Shown here: positions 25,627 through 37,359 of the stretch, in pieces
How positions within the stretch are numbered: the first letter of the stretch is position 1
Layout of the letters: every line of letters starts with the position of its first letter
From: Octopus sinensis
Taxonomy: Eukaryota
DNA: 64,000 nt
Direction: 5' to 3'
Assembly: GCF_006345805.1 (NCBI RefSeq)
Contig: NC_043011.1
Span: forward strand, 33,120,464 to 33,184,463
The notes under the pieces: model-generated
The model's input: the letters and a program-made list of their open reading frames with translations, nothing else
Told to the model about the DNA's origin: nothing
The model's database searches: none
Made by a program: the position numbers and the translations under genes

Positions 25627-27363
25627 TAGTATGCATTTGAGCCTAGCTGTTAGTATGCATTTGAGCCTAGCTGTTAGTATGCATTTGAACCTGGCTGTTA
25701 GTATGCATTTGAACCTGGCTGTTAGTGTGCATTTGAGCCCAGCTGTTAGTATGCATTTGTGCCTAGCTGTTAGTATGCATTTGTGCCTAGCTGTTAGTAT
25801 GCATTTGAGCCTAGCTGTTAGTATGCATTTGAGCCTAGCTGTTAGTATGCATTTGAGCCTAGCTGTTAGTATGCATTTGAGCCTGGCTGTTAGTATGCAT
25901 TTGAGCCTGACTGTTAGTATGCATTTGAACCTGGCTGTTAGTATGCATTTGAACCTGGCTGTTAGTGTGCATTTGAACCCAGCTGTTAGTATGCATTTGT
26001 GCCTAGCTGTTAGTATGCATTTGTGCCTAGCTGTTAGTATGCATTTGAGCCTAGCTGTTAGTATGCATTTGAGCCTAGCTGTTAGTATGCATTTGAGCCT
26101 GGCTGTTAGTATGCATTTGAACCTGGCTGTTAGTGTGCATTTGAACCTGGCTGTTAGTGTGCATTTGAGCCCAGCTGTTAGTATGCATTTGTGCCTAGCT
26201 GTTAGTATGCATTTGTGCCTAGCTGTTAGTATGCAATTGAGCCCAGCTGTTAGTATGCATTTGTGCCTAGCTGTTAATATGCATTTGAGCCTAGCTGTTA
26301 GTATGCATTTGAGCCTAGCTGTTAGTATGCATTTAAGCCTGGCTGTTAGTATGCATCTGAGCCTGGCTGTTAGTATGCATTTGAGCCCAGCTGTTAGTAT
26401 GCATTTGAGCCCAGCTGTTAGTATGCATTTGAGCCCGGCTGTTAGTATGCATTTGAGTCTAGCTGTCAGTATGCATTTGAGCCCAGCTGTTAGTATGCAT
26501 TTGAGCCTGGCTGTTAGTATGCATTTGAGCCTGGCTGTTAGTATGCATTTGAACCTGGCTGTTAGTGTGCATTTGAACCTGGCTGTTAGTATGCATTTGA
26601 ACCTGGCTGTTAGTGTGCATTTGAGCCCAGCTGCTAGTATGCATTTGAGCCCAGCTCTTAGTATACATTTGAGCCCGGCTGTTAGTATGCATTTGAGCCT
26701 AGCTGTTAGTATGCATTTGAACCTGGCTGTTAGTGTGCATTTGAACCTGGCTGTTAGTGTGCATTTTAGCCCAGCTGTTAGTATGCATTTGTGCCTAGCT
26801 GTTAGTATGCATTTGTGCCTAGCTGTTAGTATGCATTTGAGCCCAGCTGTTAGTATGCATTTGTGCCTAGCTGTTAATATGCATTTGAGCCTAGCTGTTA
26901 GTATGCATTTGAGCCTAGCTGTTAGTATGCATTTGAGCCTGGCTGTTAGTATGCATTTGAGCCTGGCTGTTAGTATGCATTTGAGCCCAGCTGTTAGTAT
27001 GCATTTGAGCCCAGCTTTTAGTATACATTTGAGCCCGGCTGTTAGTATGCATTTGAGCCTAGCTGTCAATATGCATTTGAGCCCAGCTGTTAGTATGCAT
27101 TTGAGCCTGGCTGTTAGTATGCATTTGAGCCTGGCTGTTAGTATGCATTTGAACCTGGCTGTTAGTGTGCATTTGAACCTGGCTGTTAGTATGCATTTGA
27201 ACCTGGCTGTTAGTGTGCATTTGAGCCCAGCTGTTAGTATGCATTTGAGCCCAGCTGTTAGTATACATTTGAGCCCGGCTGTTAGTATGCATTTGAGCCT
27301 AGCTGTTAGTATGCATTTGAGGCCAGCTGTTAGTATGCATTTGTGCCTAGCTGTCAATATGCA
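25627..27363. repeat. 24-bp minisatellite (gcatttgagcctagctgttagtat), about 72 units, in DCAKD intron 3
   Basis: Seen directly. A period divisible by 3 produces the long (CILTARLK)n and (VSMHLSLA)n ORFs. Confidence 0.97.
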
Positions 27364-27516
27364 GGTTTGAGTTTGTGTTAGCATGTGCTTGGGTCCGTGT
27401 GTATATGTGTCTGTGTGTGCTTGTTTATGATTGGGTTTATTATTACTTCTGCCTGAATAAGTTACTGTCAGAAGTGGTTGCAGCATGTGTAACTCTATCT
27501 TCTCTAACCATTTCAG

Positions 27517-27802
27517 CACTGAAAACCAGCAGGTTGAACGGCTCCTGAAACTAGGTGAAATTACAGAAATGGAAGCCATGTCTTGGATTAAAATTCAGAT
27601 GAACTTGTTCAAAAAAAGTGATCTAGCCACATTCATCGTTGACAATAGCAGCAGTCGTGAGTACACACAAGGACAAGTGGAGCGTATTGTCTGTCTGTTA
27701 CGTGCCTCGAAAGCCCAGTGGAAGTCTCGTTCAATTTTCTTCCTTGGCTTTGTCTCCCTGTCTGTGGCAGCAGCTGCTGTTTACTACACTAAGTTTAAGT
27801 AA
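27517..27802 (+). CDS. DCAKD: DCAKD-like terminal coding exon with C-terminal hydrophobic anchor
   Basis: Acceptor catttcag; TENQQVERLLKLG..IQMNL..FIVDNSSS..IFFLGFVSLSVAAAAVYY; TAA at 27800-27802. Exons sum to 112+204+88+286=690 nt (229 aa). AATAAA occurs downstream near 27967. Confidence 0.9.
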
Positions 27803-29997
27803 CACTAATTCCAGCTGCTAGTCTTAGGGGAAAGGGCAGGGTCTGGGATTCTCATTGTTTGCGATGTGGAGCATCTAAAATTTTCTTCTTTTTTTTTTTC
27901 TTTTAGCAAAGTACCTGTTATTAGTTATTTTAATAATAGGTTTTGATGAAACCTAAGGTAGTGTTAAATAAAACTAACATTGTTTCCCTAATCTCTTTTT
28001 ACCAATTAATTAATAAATTAACTACATTTCCAGAAGCATGTTTTGTTCTTGCTTCCTAGATTCTTTAAATATCGTAGCTTCTTGTGCAACAAAAATGAAA
28101 CCTTCATAAATTAGGGTTTAAACTCACAGCTCTTAGAAATAAAAAACACAAGATCTTTTGTATGTGGGTGTAGGTGCTATGCTATTAAACATTAAATCCA
28201 GTCAGCCAGGAATACTGCTTTAATTGCTCTAAAACTGTAGTTCTGTTACTCGTTGCTGTTACATTAGACTGAGAGCAACTTCACATCATCTGTTAGTAAA
28301 TGTTTTGGACAATTTTAAAACATTTAATCACTGCTGTGTTCTAGACATCACTATAACTTCAGTCTGCTGTCAGCTTCACACTAAGTAGTACGTCTGTTTT
28401 GTATAGTGTTTAATTTTTGATTTTTTCTTTTTCGGTTTTGAAATTTATATTGTTGGTTAAAAAAAAACAAAACAAACAATACGTATGTGAGTGGACTGTC
28501 TACTTGAATAATGTTATAAGGAAACAATTTATGTTTGATGTATTCATCAAATCCATGCTAGCATGGGAAAATAGCCGTAAAACAAATGAACAATTACAAC
28601 ACTAAATATTCTACAGCTATTTTAGAGAACAAGTTCTTCCATTTTGTACTCAAGAAGTACCATTTATTTATATTTTTTTTTTATCGTTTCTTTATTTTTT
28701 CTGTTGATATTTTTTTAGTGAATTTACATCTGTTGTATCATTTTTAACATTACAGATTGTATAATTCTCAGTTTGAAATGTTTTCTTTATTTAGTAGCGG
28801 TTGCAAACTTGATCTCATGTTGTTGATGAGAGGCCATAATCATTGACAGCCTCTCAGACATACAGGAATAATTTGCTTGTTAAGGCAATAATGTCCAGGA
28901 TTTTGGCTTCTTGGAAGACAGGTTGTGAAATTTCCTGCATGTTTAACAGTCAGATGTAACTAATTTCTAGACATTTTTTTTACCTAATACTCAAACAGAT
29001 CAACTTAGATTTGAATTTGGAATCTCAGAAAAGGAGACTCCTATAACTATTTACTGACTTTGGAAGCCAAAACTCTAAGAATGTGTAGGAGAGGATTACA
29101 AACCAGTGTCTTGTAATTATCTGTCTTTAACAAATTGATCTCTTCCACTTTTTACTGCAACTTTAGAGAGGCAATTTCCTGGTTATTCTGACATTTACAC
29201 ACAGTCATTTTAATATTGCTCCTCTTCCATTTAGGTGGGTTTTTTTGTGTTTTCAACAAGACTATTCCTCAATATATTTATTACCACTTTTAAGGCAGCA
29301 ACCTGGCGGTATCGTTAGCACTCCAGGTGAAATGTATAGCGGCATTTCATCTGTCTTTACGTTCTTAGTTCAAGTTTCGCTGAGGTTAACTTTGTCTTTC
29401 ATCCTTTCGGGGTCGATAAAATAAGTTCTAGTTGAGGACTGGGGTTAATGTAATCAACTTACCCACCTCCCCCGAAATTGCTGGCCTTGTGCCAAAATTT
29501 GAAACCAATGTATTATCACTTTTTCCTATTTAATGACCACCACAATATATTTATTTATTTATTTTTCTTAGTCTAATGCTAACTTAAATTCCAGTCAGAC
29601 AATGAATTGAGCATTTAGACATGAACAGCAAACATTTTTTTTTTATTACTATCATGAGATCTTCCAAAGAACCTTAGTTGTTTTTTTTTTAATTTAATTT
29701 ATTTTAATTTATGTATTTTTTTTTTTTACACAACTTGAGGTTTATGAAAACAAATATATTTATTTATAAAAATTGTGCCAACTTTTGTTCTTTTTGTAAA
29801 AAACAAAATATTTATATACATATATTTATACTTGTTATTTATGCATTTGTTATAGGCTGCTCCAACTGCAGTGTTTATCATTATTATTATTATTATTATA
29901 TTGTGTTTGGAACTTTATAATTTATACAAACTGTTTTACATTCCAACCAAAGATGCAGATATCTGTTACTTTTAAATATTGTGTCATTGACTGGTAG

Positions 29998-30716
29998 TGT
30001 GTGTGTGTGTATATGTAAATGTACATGTTTGTATATGTATGCTTATGTGTTTATGCGTGTATGTAAATGTACGTGTATGCATGTATGTAAATGTGTGTAT
30101 GCATGTATGTAAATGTGTGTAAATGTGTGTGTGCACGTGTAAATGTACGTATGTGTGCCCGTTTGTAAATGTACGTATGTGTGCATGTGTGTAAATGTAC
30201 GTATGTGTGTAAATGTATGTATGTGTGCCCATGTGTAAATGTACATATGTGTGTAAATGTACATGTGCACGTGTGTAAATGTATGTGTGCACGTGTGTAA
30301 ATGTATGTGTGCGTGTGTGTGTGAATGTATGTGTGTGCATGCGTGTGTATGTAAATGTACGTTCGTGTATGTACGTGTGTATATGTACATGTGCGTGTGT
30401 ATGTGTGTATGTAGATGTGCGTGTGTATGTGTGTGTATGTAGATGTGCGTGTGTATGTGTGTGTATGTAGATGTGTGTGTGTATGTAGATGTGCGTGTGT
30501 ATGTAGATGTACGTGTGTGTCTGTATGTAGATCTACGTGTATGCGTGTGTATATGTACGTATATGTGTGTGTATATGTACGTATATGTGTGTGTATGTAT
30601 ATGTACTTATATGTGTGTGTATGTAGATGTATGGTGTCTATATATGTGTGTATGTTTATGTATGTGTATACGTGTGTGCATATCTACATATGTCTATATA
30701 TATATATATATATATA
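29998..30716. repeat. Compound TG/TA low-complexity repeat
   Basis: tgtaaatgtacgtatg and gtgtatgtagat variants repeat throughout. Confidence 0.9.
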
Positions 30717-31247
30717 TCTTTTGTCAAGCTCATTAGAAATGAGTGTAGGTTGCACAAAACAGGGAGAGACCTTTTGCTAGAATACACTTCACATTGAAAA
30801 ATTGAAGTGTTGAATTCACTGAAGCTATTTCCAAATATTTCGACACTTTAAAATCATTTTTATTTAATTGTTAATTAATTGTTTGTTATCATGAGATTAA
30901 AGAAAACATGTTTGTTTGACAAATGTCTGTGTTTCTTTTTTTTTTTTTACCCCCTTTTTTCGTTTTAATTATTATTTTGTTTACTTACTCTTTTCAGTCA
31001 CTGAACTGCAGTTATGCTTAAGCACCACCTTGTGGGGTCAGTTGAACAAATCAACTCTCTCCAACTCAGTTTTGTTTACTCAGCTGCTAACTTAAGATGT
31101 AAACAAACCAACATTTGTTGTGAAGTGATGCGATTGATGAACACATGTGGATATGGGCACACACACACACACACACATATACCCTTTAATTTTTTCTGTC
31201 CAAAAGGGTTTTTAACTCAATATTTGCATGCTATAAGGCAGCGAGCT

Positions 31248-31810
31248 GGCAGAAACGTTAGCGTGCTGGGTGAAATGCTTAGCGGTATTTCATCTGCCGT
31301 TACGTTCTGAGTTCAAATCCGCTGAGGTTGACTTTGCCTTTCATCCTTTCGGGGTCAATAAATTAGGTACCAGTTATGCACTGGGGTCGATGTAATCGAG
31401 TTAATACCTATGTCTGTCCTTGTTTGTCCTCTCTGTGTTTAGCCCCTTGTGGGTAATAAAGAAATAGGTATTTTGTCTGCAGCTACATTCTGAGTTCAAA
31501 TTCTGCCGAGGTCGACTTTGCCTTTCATCCTTTCATGGTCGATTAAATAAGTACCAATTACGCACTGGGGTCAATATAATTGATTTAATCCATTTGTCTG
31601 TCCTTGTTTGTCCCCTCTATGTAGCCCCTTGTGGGCAGTAAAGAAATAAGAAACATTAGCATGCCGGGCGAAATGCTTAGTGGTATTTCGTCTGTCTTTA
31701 CATTCCAAATTTGCCTTTCGGGGGTCGATAAATTAAGTATCAGTCCGTATTGGGGTTGATCTAATCAGACTGGTCACCTCCCCACAAATTTCAGGCCTTT
31801 TGCCTAGAGT
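31248..31810 (+). mobile_element. SINE with internally tandem-duplicated body (about 3 units)
   Basis: ggcagcgagctggcagaaacgttag head, then repeated ttctgagttcaaa..gactttgcctttcatcctttc.gggtcgat blocks. Confidence 0.75.
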
Positions 31811-32335
31811 AGAAAAGAATATTTACATGCTATTATTTATAGCTTTATGTGCTTCAAGATCTACCATTCCAAAAAATAATGTTCACTTTCTCTCAAAGGT
31901 TTATGAATTCTTATATATCTTGCCAGTTATTTAGCAACCCCACTGGTGTTGGTTCCACATAAAAAATGCCCAGTACACTTTGCAAAGTGGTTGGCATTAA
32001 GAAGGGCATCCAGCTTTAAAAGCCATGCCAAAGCAGACAATAGAGTTTGACACAGTCCTCTACTTGCCAATTCCTATCAAACTATTCAAACCATACTAGT
32101 AATAGAAAATAGATGTTAAATTATGATGATACATGATATATAGGTGCAGGTGTGACTGTGTGGTAAAATGACAGCTTCCCAACCACATGGTTCCAGGTTC
32201 AGTTCTACTGCATGGCACTTTGGGCAAGTGTCTATTATAGCCTCAGGCCGATCAAGGCCTTGTGAGTAGATCTGGTAGACAGAAACTGAAAGAAACCACA
32301 TCATAATGTGTATATGTATATATATATATATATAT

Positions 32336-32728
32336 CAGCTAGCCTCGCCTGGCCCCCGTGCCGGTGACACGTAAAAGCACCATCCGTTTCGTGGCCGTTT
32401 GCCAGCTCTGTCTGGCCCCCGTGTTGGTGGCACGTAAAAGCACCATCCGTTCGTGTCCGTTGCCAGCCTCGCCTGGCCCCCGTGCCGGTGACACGTAAAA
32501 GCACCATCCGTTCGTGGCCGTTTGCCAGCTCTGTCTGGCACCTGTGCGGGTGGCACATAAAAAGCACCCACTACACTCACAGAGTGGTTGGCGTTAGGAA
32601 GGGCATCCAGCCGTAGAAACACTGCCAGATCTGACTGGGCCTGATGAAGCCTTCCAGCTTCACAGACCCCAGTTGAACCGTCCAACCCATGCTAGCATGG
32701 AAAACGGACGCTAAATGATGATGATGAT
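32336..32728 (+). mobile_element. 3' fragment of the RTE LINE (3' UTR repeats + (ATG)n tail), inverted relative to 32858-35788
   Basis: Reverse complement of about 32870-33250; ends ..gctagcatggaaaacggacgctaaatgatgatgatg. Confidence 0.85.
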
Positions 32729-32857
32729 ATCAGCTGAAATTGCGAGGATGATCCGGTTCTTGACTGAAGATTGGAGGCTTCGAATGTCCCGTCCCTGTTT
32801 TTTTGTATCGTCTTTAAATGTTTTGCGTTCTTGTCCCAGTTTGTATTTTTTTACATA

Positions 32858-35788
32858 TCATCATCATCATCATCATCATTTAGCGTCCGCTTTCCATGCT
32901 AGCATGGGTTGGACGGGTCTACTGGGGTCTGTGAAGCTGGAAGGCTTCGTCAGGCCCAGTCAGATCTGGCAGTGTTTCTACGGCTGGATGCCCTTCCTAA
33001 CGCCAACCACTCCGCGAGTGTAGTGGGTGTTTTTTACGTGCCATCTGCACAGGTGCCAGACAGAGCTGGCGAACGGCCACGAACGGATGGTGCTTTTACG
33101 TGTCACCGGCACGGGGCCAGGCGATGCTGGCAACGGACACGAACGGATGGTGCTTTTATGTGCCACCGACACGGGGCCAGACAGAGCTGGCAAACAGCCA
33201 CGAACGGACGGTGCTTTTACGTGTCACCGGCACGGGGGCCAGCCGAGGCTGACAACGAACACGAATGGATGGTGCTTTTACGTGCCACCGACACGGGGCC
33301 AGACAGAGCTGGCAAACGGGCACGAACGGACGGTGCTTTTACGTGTCACCGGCACGGGGGCCAGCCGAGGCTGGCAACGGACGCGAACGGATGGTGCTTT
33401 TACGTGCCACCGACACGGTTGCCAGACAGAGCTGGCAAACGGCCACGAACGGACGGTGCTTTTACGTGTCAGCGGCACGGGGGCCAGCCAAGGCTGGAAA
33501 CGGACACGAACAGATGGTGCTTTTACGTGCCACCGACACGGGGCCAGACAGAGCTGGCAAATGGCCACGAACGGACGGTGCTTTTACGTGTCACCGGCAC
33601 GGGGCCAGGCGAGGCTGGCAACGAACACGAACGGATGGTGCTTTTACGTGCCACCGACACGGGGGCCAGGCAGAGCTGGCAAACGGCCACGAGCGAATGG
33701 TGCTTTTACGTATCACCGGCACGGGTGCCAGACGAGGCTGACAGCGGACACGAACGGATGGGTCACTTAACCCCTGCTTTCTGATATATGATTTGATTTT
33801 GATTGTTCTCACTGGTCTTGCCGGGTCTTCTCACGCACAGCATACTTCCATAGGTCTCGGTCTCTGGTCATTTCCTTGGTGAGACCTAGAGTTCGAAGGT
33901 CGTGCTTCACCACCTCGACCCAGGTTTTCCTGGGTCTACCTCTTCCACAGGTCCCCTCAACTGCCAGGGTGTGGCACTTTTTCACACACCTATCTTCATC
34001 CATTCTCACCACATGACCATACCAGCGCAATCGTCTCTCTTGCACACAACATCTCATGCCTCTTAGGTCCAACTTTTCTCTCAAGGTACTTACACTCTGT
34101 CGACTATGAACACTGACATTACACATCCAACGGAGCATACTAGCTTCATTTCTCGCGAGCTTACGCATGTCCTCAGCAGTCACGGCCCATGTTTCACTGC
34201 CATGTAGCATGGCTGTTCGTACACATGCATCATACAGTCTGCCTTTTACTCTGAGCAAGAGGCCTTTAGTCACCAACAGAGGTAAGAGCTCCCTAAACTT
34301 TGCCCAGGCTATTCTTACTCTAGCCGTTACACTTTCAGCACACCCACCCCCACTACTGACTTGGAAGCTATCAACTACTTCTAGTTTTTCCCCCTGGAAA
34401 GTGACGGAAGTTGTTTTCTGCAGATTTTCAGAGGTTAATGCTCCCGAGCATCTGCCACATACAAAAACCATCTTCCTAGTTAGCCTTCCTATGACATTGC
34501 TGCACCTCTTATGTGTCCATAGCTTACACTTGGTGCATCTTATAGAGTTTCTACCTACACCTTTTCTACAGATCGAGCAGGGCCATCTACCTGAAGGCGT
34601 TTGTGATTTGTCTACCTTTCTACTTATTACGACTTTGGTTTTAGCTAGGTTGACTCTAAGGCCCTTCGATTCTAAACCATGCTTCCACACCTGAAACTTC
34701 TTCTCCAGTTCTGATAATGACTCAGCAATTAGAGCAAGGTCATCAGCATAGAGGAGCTCCCAGTGGCATCCTGTCTTGAATTCCTCCGTTATTGCCTGGA
34801 GGACTATGATAAATAGGAGGGGGCTGAGGACTGAGCCTTGGTGGACCCCTACCTCTACCCGGAATTCTTCACTGTACTCATTGTCAACCCTCACCTTACT
34901 AGCAGCGTCCCTGTACATGGCTTGCACAGCTCTCACTAACCATTCATCTATTCCTAGTTTCCTCATTGACCACCATATGAGGGATCGGGGGACCCTGTCG
35001 AAGGCTTTCTCCATGTCAACAAAAGCCAGGTACAGGGGCTTATCTTTGGCTAGGTATTTCTCCTGCAGCTGCCTTACCAGGAATATAGCATCAGTGGTAC
35101 TTTTCCCTGGCACGAAACCAAACTGCATCTCATCTAAACTAACTCTCTCTCTAATTAGTTGGCTTATGACCCTCTCTGTAACCTTCATCACCTGATCCAA
35201 CAGCTTGATACCTCTGTAATTATTTGTATTTAGGGCATCACCTTTACCTTTGTAGCAGTTGACTATTATGCTGCTACACCAGTCATTGGGTATGACTCCT
35301 TCATGTATCACCTGATTAACTATACAGGTGACTAGGCTATAGCCGACACTACAAGATATTTTGAGCATCTCTGCAGTGATACCTGATGGGCATGGGGCTT
35401 TCCCTGTCTTCATGCTTCTAATTGCCTTAGCTACCAAGGGACTATCAACCCTGATAGCTGGTCCCTCTGTTGGGTCAACGTTCGGCAGACTCTCTTTATC
35501 CCATTCATTTTCTTTATTCAGCAACCTTTCATAGTGGTGTCTCCAAGCCTCTCTCTTTGCATCCTCGTTTAGCGCAAGTGAACCATCTTCCATGCGAACA
35601 CACTTCTCTCCCACCACATCACAATTCTCTCTCACACACTGTCTTGCAATGCGAAACACCTCCAGTCTTTGGTCCTCACGGCGCAGAACATTGGCAAATT
35701 TTTTCTTATCTGCCTCCCCTCTGGCTAGATAGACCTGTCTCCTAGCTTCCCTTTTAGCAGTCTGGGGGTCAGCTAGTTGCTTCACCGA
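32858..35788 (-). mobile_element. 5'-truncated RTE-clade LINE with tandem-repeat 3' UTR and (ATG)n tail
   Basis: The RT ORF is followed by about 12 x 61-bp repeats and a tail ending in (catcat)n on the + strand at about 32858-32880. Confidence 0.9.
33809..35785 (-). CDS. RTE reverse transcriptase ORF (658 aa, endonuclease missing through 5' truncation), with a PHD-like finger
   Basis: NYRGIKLL, QFGFVPGKSTTDAIF, FVDMEKAFDRVP, GVHQGSVLSPLLF, LLYADD, RLRWYGHVVRM and GRGRPRKTW motifs are present. Confidence 0.9.
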   Translation of the reverse strand: MKQLADPQTAKREARRQVYLARGEADKKKFANVLRREDQRLEVFRIARQCVRENCDVVGEKCVRMEDGSLALNEDAKREAWRHHYERLLNKENEWDKESLPNVDPTEGPAIRVDSPLVAKAIRSMKTGKAPCPSGITAEMLKISCSVGYSLVTCIVNQVIHEGVIPNDWCSSIIVNCYKGKGDALNTNNYRGIKLLDQVMKVTERVISQLIRERVSLDEMQFGFVPGKSTTDAIFLVRQLQEKYLAKDKPLYLAFVDMEKAFDRVPRSLIWWSMRKLGIDEWLVRAVQAMYRDAASKVRVDNEYSEEFRVEVGVHQGSVLSPLLFIIVLQAITEEFKTGCHWELLYADDLALIAESLSELEKKFQVWKHGLESKGLRVNLAKTKVVISRKVDKSQTPSGRWPCSICRKGVGRNSIRCTKCKLWTHKRCSNVIGRLTRKMVFVCGRCSGALTSENLQKTTSVTFQGEKLEVVDSFQVSSGGGCAESVTARVRIAWAKFRELLPLLVTKGLLLRVKGRLYDACVRTAMLHGSETWAVTAEDMRKLARNEASMLRWMCNVSVHSRQSVSTLREKLDLRGMRCCVQERRLRWYGHVVRMDEDRCVKKCHTLAVEGTCGRGRPRKTWVEVVKHDLRTLGLTKEMTRDRDLWKYAVREKTRQDQ

Positions 35789-35900
35789 ATTTAGAAATAG
35801 GAGTTAAAAATTCCTTTTCTTCTACCGTAAGAATCTCCCAGACAGTAACACTTTTTTACGTAGGCAAAAGAAAAATAATGAATCCACACGACTCTGATTA

Positions 35901-35962
35901 GCCACAAACACGTTTCGAGATTAAAGTATGTTTACTTACTTATTTCTCATCATCAGTGTAGC
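35901..35962 (-). ncRNA. Minimal type I hammerhead ribozyme motif (Penelope-like)
   Basis: GCUACA-CUGAUGA-U-GAG..CUC-GAA-ACGUGU-U-UGUGGC. Stem I GCUACA/UGUGGC pairs fully (one G-U). Confidence 0.7.
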
Positions 35963-36242
35963 ATTCCGAATATAAAATTTGAAACTGCTAGAGTTAAATA
36001 TGTACACGATCGAGTGTCCTCGTGCAACAGATATCCAACCAACACTTCCAAAATTTACACAGCCAAATATGAATACACATTTATCCCTTGTACCCACATG
36101 TATGTTTCGAGCAAAACTGCAGTATTCCATATATATTAAATTAATGATATACATATGTATATAATTATATTAAGGGAGCAAGGGCGAAAATGACCTATCC
36201 CCAGTGTTTTCGCCCTTGCTCTCTTAGTATAATTACATACAT

Positions 36243-36275
<33 letters not shown>

Positions 36276-36575
36276 GTTTAGCGTCCGCTTTCCATGCTAG
36301 CATGGGTTGGACGGTTCAACTGGGGTCTGGGAAGCCAGAAGGCTGCACCAGTCCCAGTTTGATCTAGCAAGGTTTCTACGGCTGGATGCCCTTCCTAACG
36401 CCGACCACTCCATGAGTGTAGTGGGTGCTTTTTACGTGCCACCGGCACAGGTGCCAGACGAGTCTGGCAAACGGCCACGATCAGATGGTGCTTTTTATGT
36501 GCCACCGGCACGGGGGGCCAGGCGAGGCTGGCAACGGCCACGAATGGATGGTGCTTTTTACGTGCCACCGGCATG
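36243..36575 (-). mobile_element. RTE-family 3' end fragment with (ATG)n tail
   Basis: Same tail and 2-3 of the 3' UTR repeat units as 32858-33770. Confidence 0.85.
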
Positions 36576-36686
36576 GGATGTATATTATTATTAATTTAAT
36601 GTATAAATTGCCTATAAATTTTTATAGCTTGCTGACTACTTGATAAAAATCATTAACGTGATTTTTAACCTTATATTCTATTATGA

Positions 36687-36749
<63 letters not shown>

Positions 36750-37359
36750 ATATATATGTATGTATTTATATATATATGTATTTATATCCATATATATTTA
36801 TTCTTAATGGATTCAGGATAAGATCACATTAATGATTATATCTAGTGGCCAGCATGAACTCAACTCAAGTCAAGATTCTACAAATAAACCATTAAAACCA
36901 GCCATATCTGGCCAAAATATTCTACCTGTTTAACATCAAAATTAGCCATGTCTGGCGTCTCAAACTTACCCTACAATGTTATTCTAAAAATAAACTGTCA
37001 AAATCTCCAGGGTACAAGATAATGCATGATTAATTCAAAACAATGTGAATAAATAAGCATTACATTTGACCAAGAAATCAGGCATTGAAAAAAAACTTAC
37101 GTGTATACATAGGTGTCCCAAAACTCCCAACCCCCTCCTCGTAAAATAAAAAAAAAGGAAAAGAAAGGAAGGTAACAAGATTAATAATTTTTTTACGAAC
37201 TAATGAATAAACAAATTATTAAGTGAAATCAAGAGCTGGGAAACTACGACATTGGTAAATGTGTGGAATGAAATCCGCACGCATTTGAGATGTGTTATAA
37301 TCAATACAAATGATAAAGAGAAATTGGAGAAGTTCGAGGACAAAGTGAAATACGTCGAA

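Noticed and set aside
25537-27579. 680-aa and 593-aa ORFs as real repeat proteins
   Set aside because: They arise from a 24-bp period in an intron; few single changes can create stops in these frames, and there is no domain or signal peptide.
32909-33784. Overlapping 150-290-aa ORFs
   Set aside because: They are translations of the RTE 3' UTR tandem repeat.
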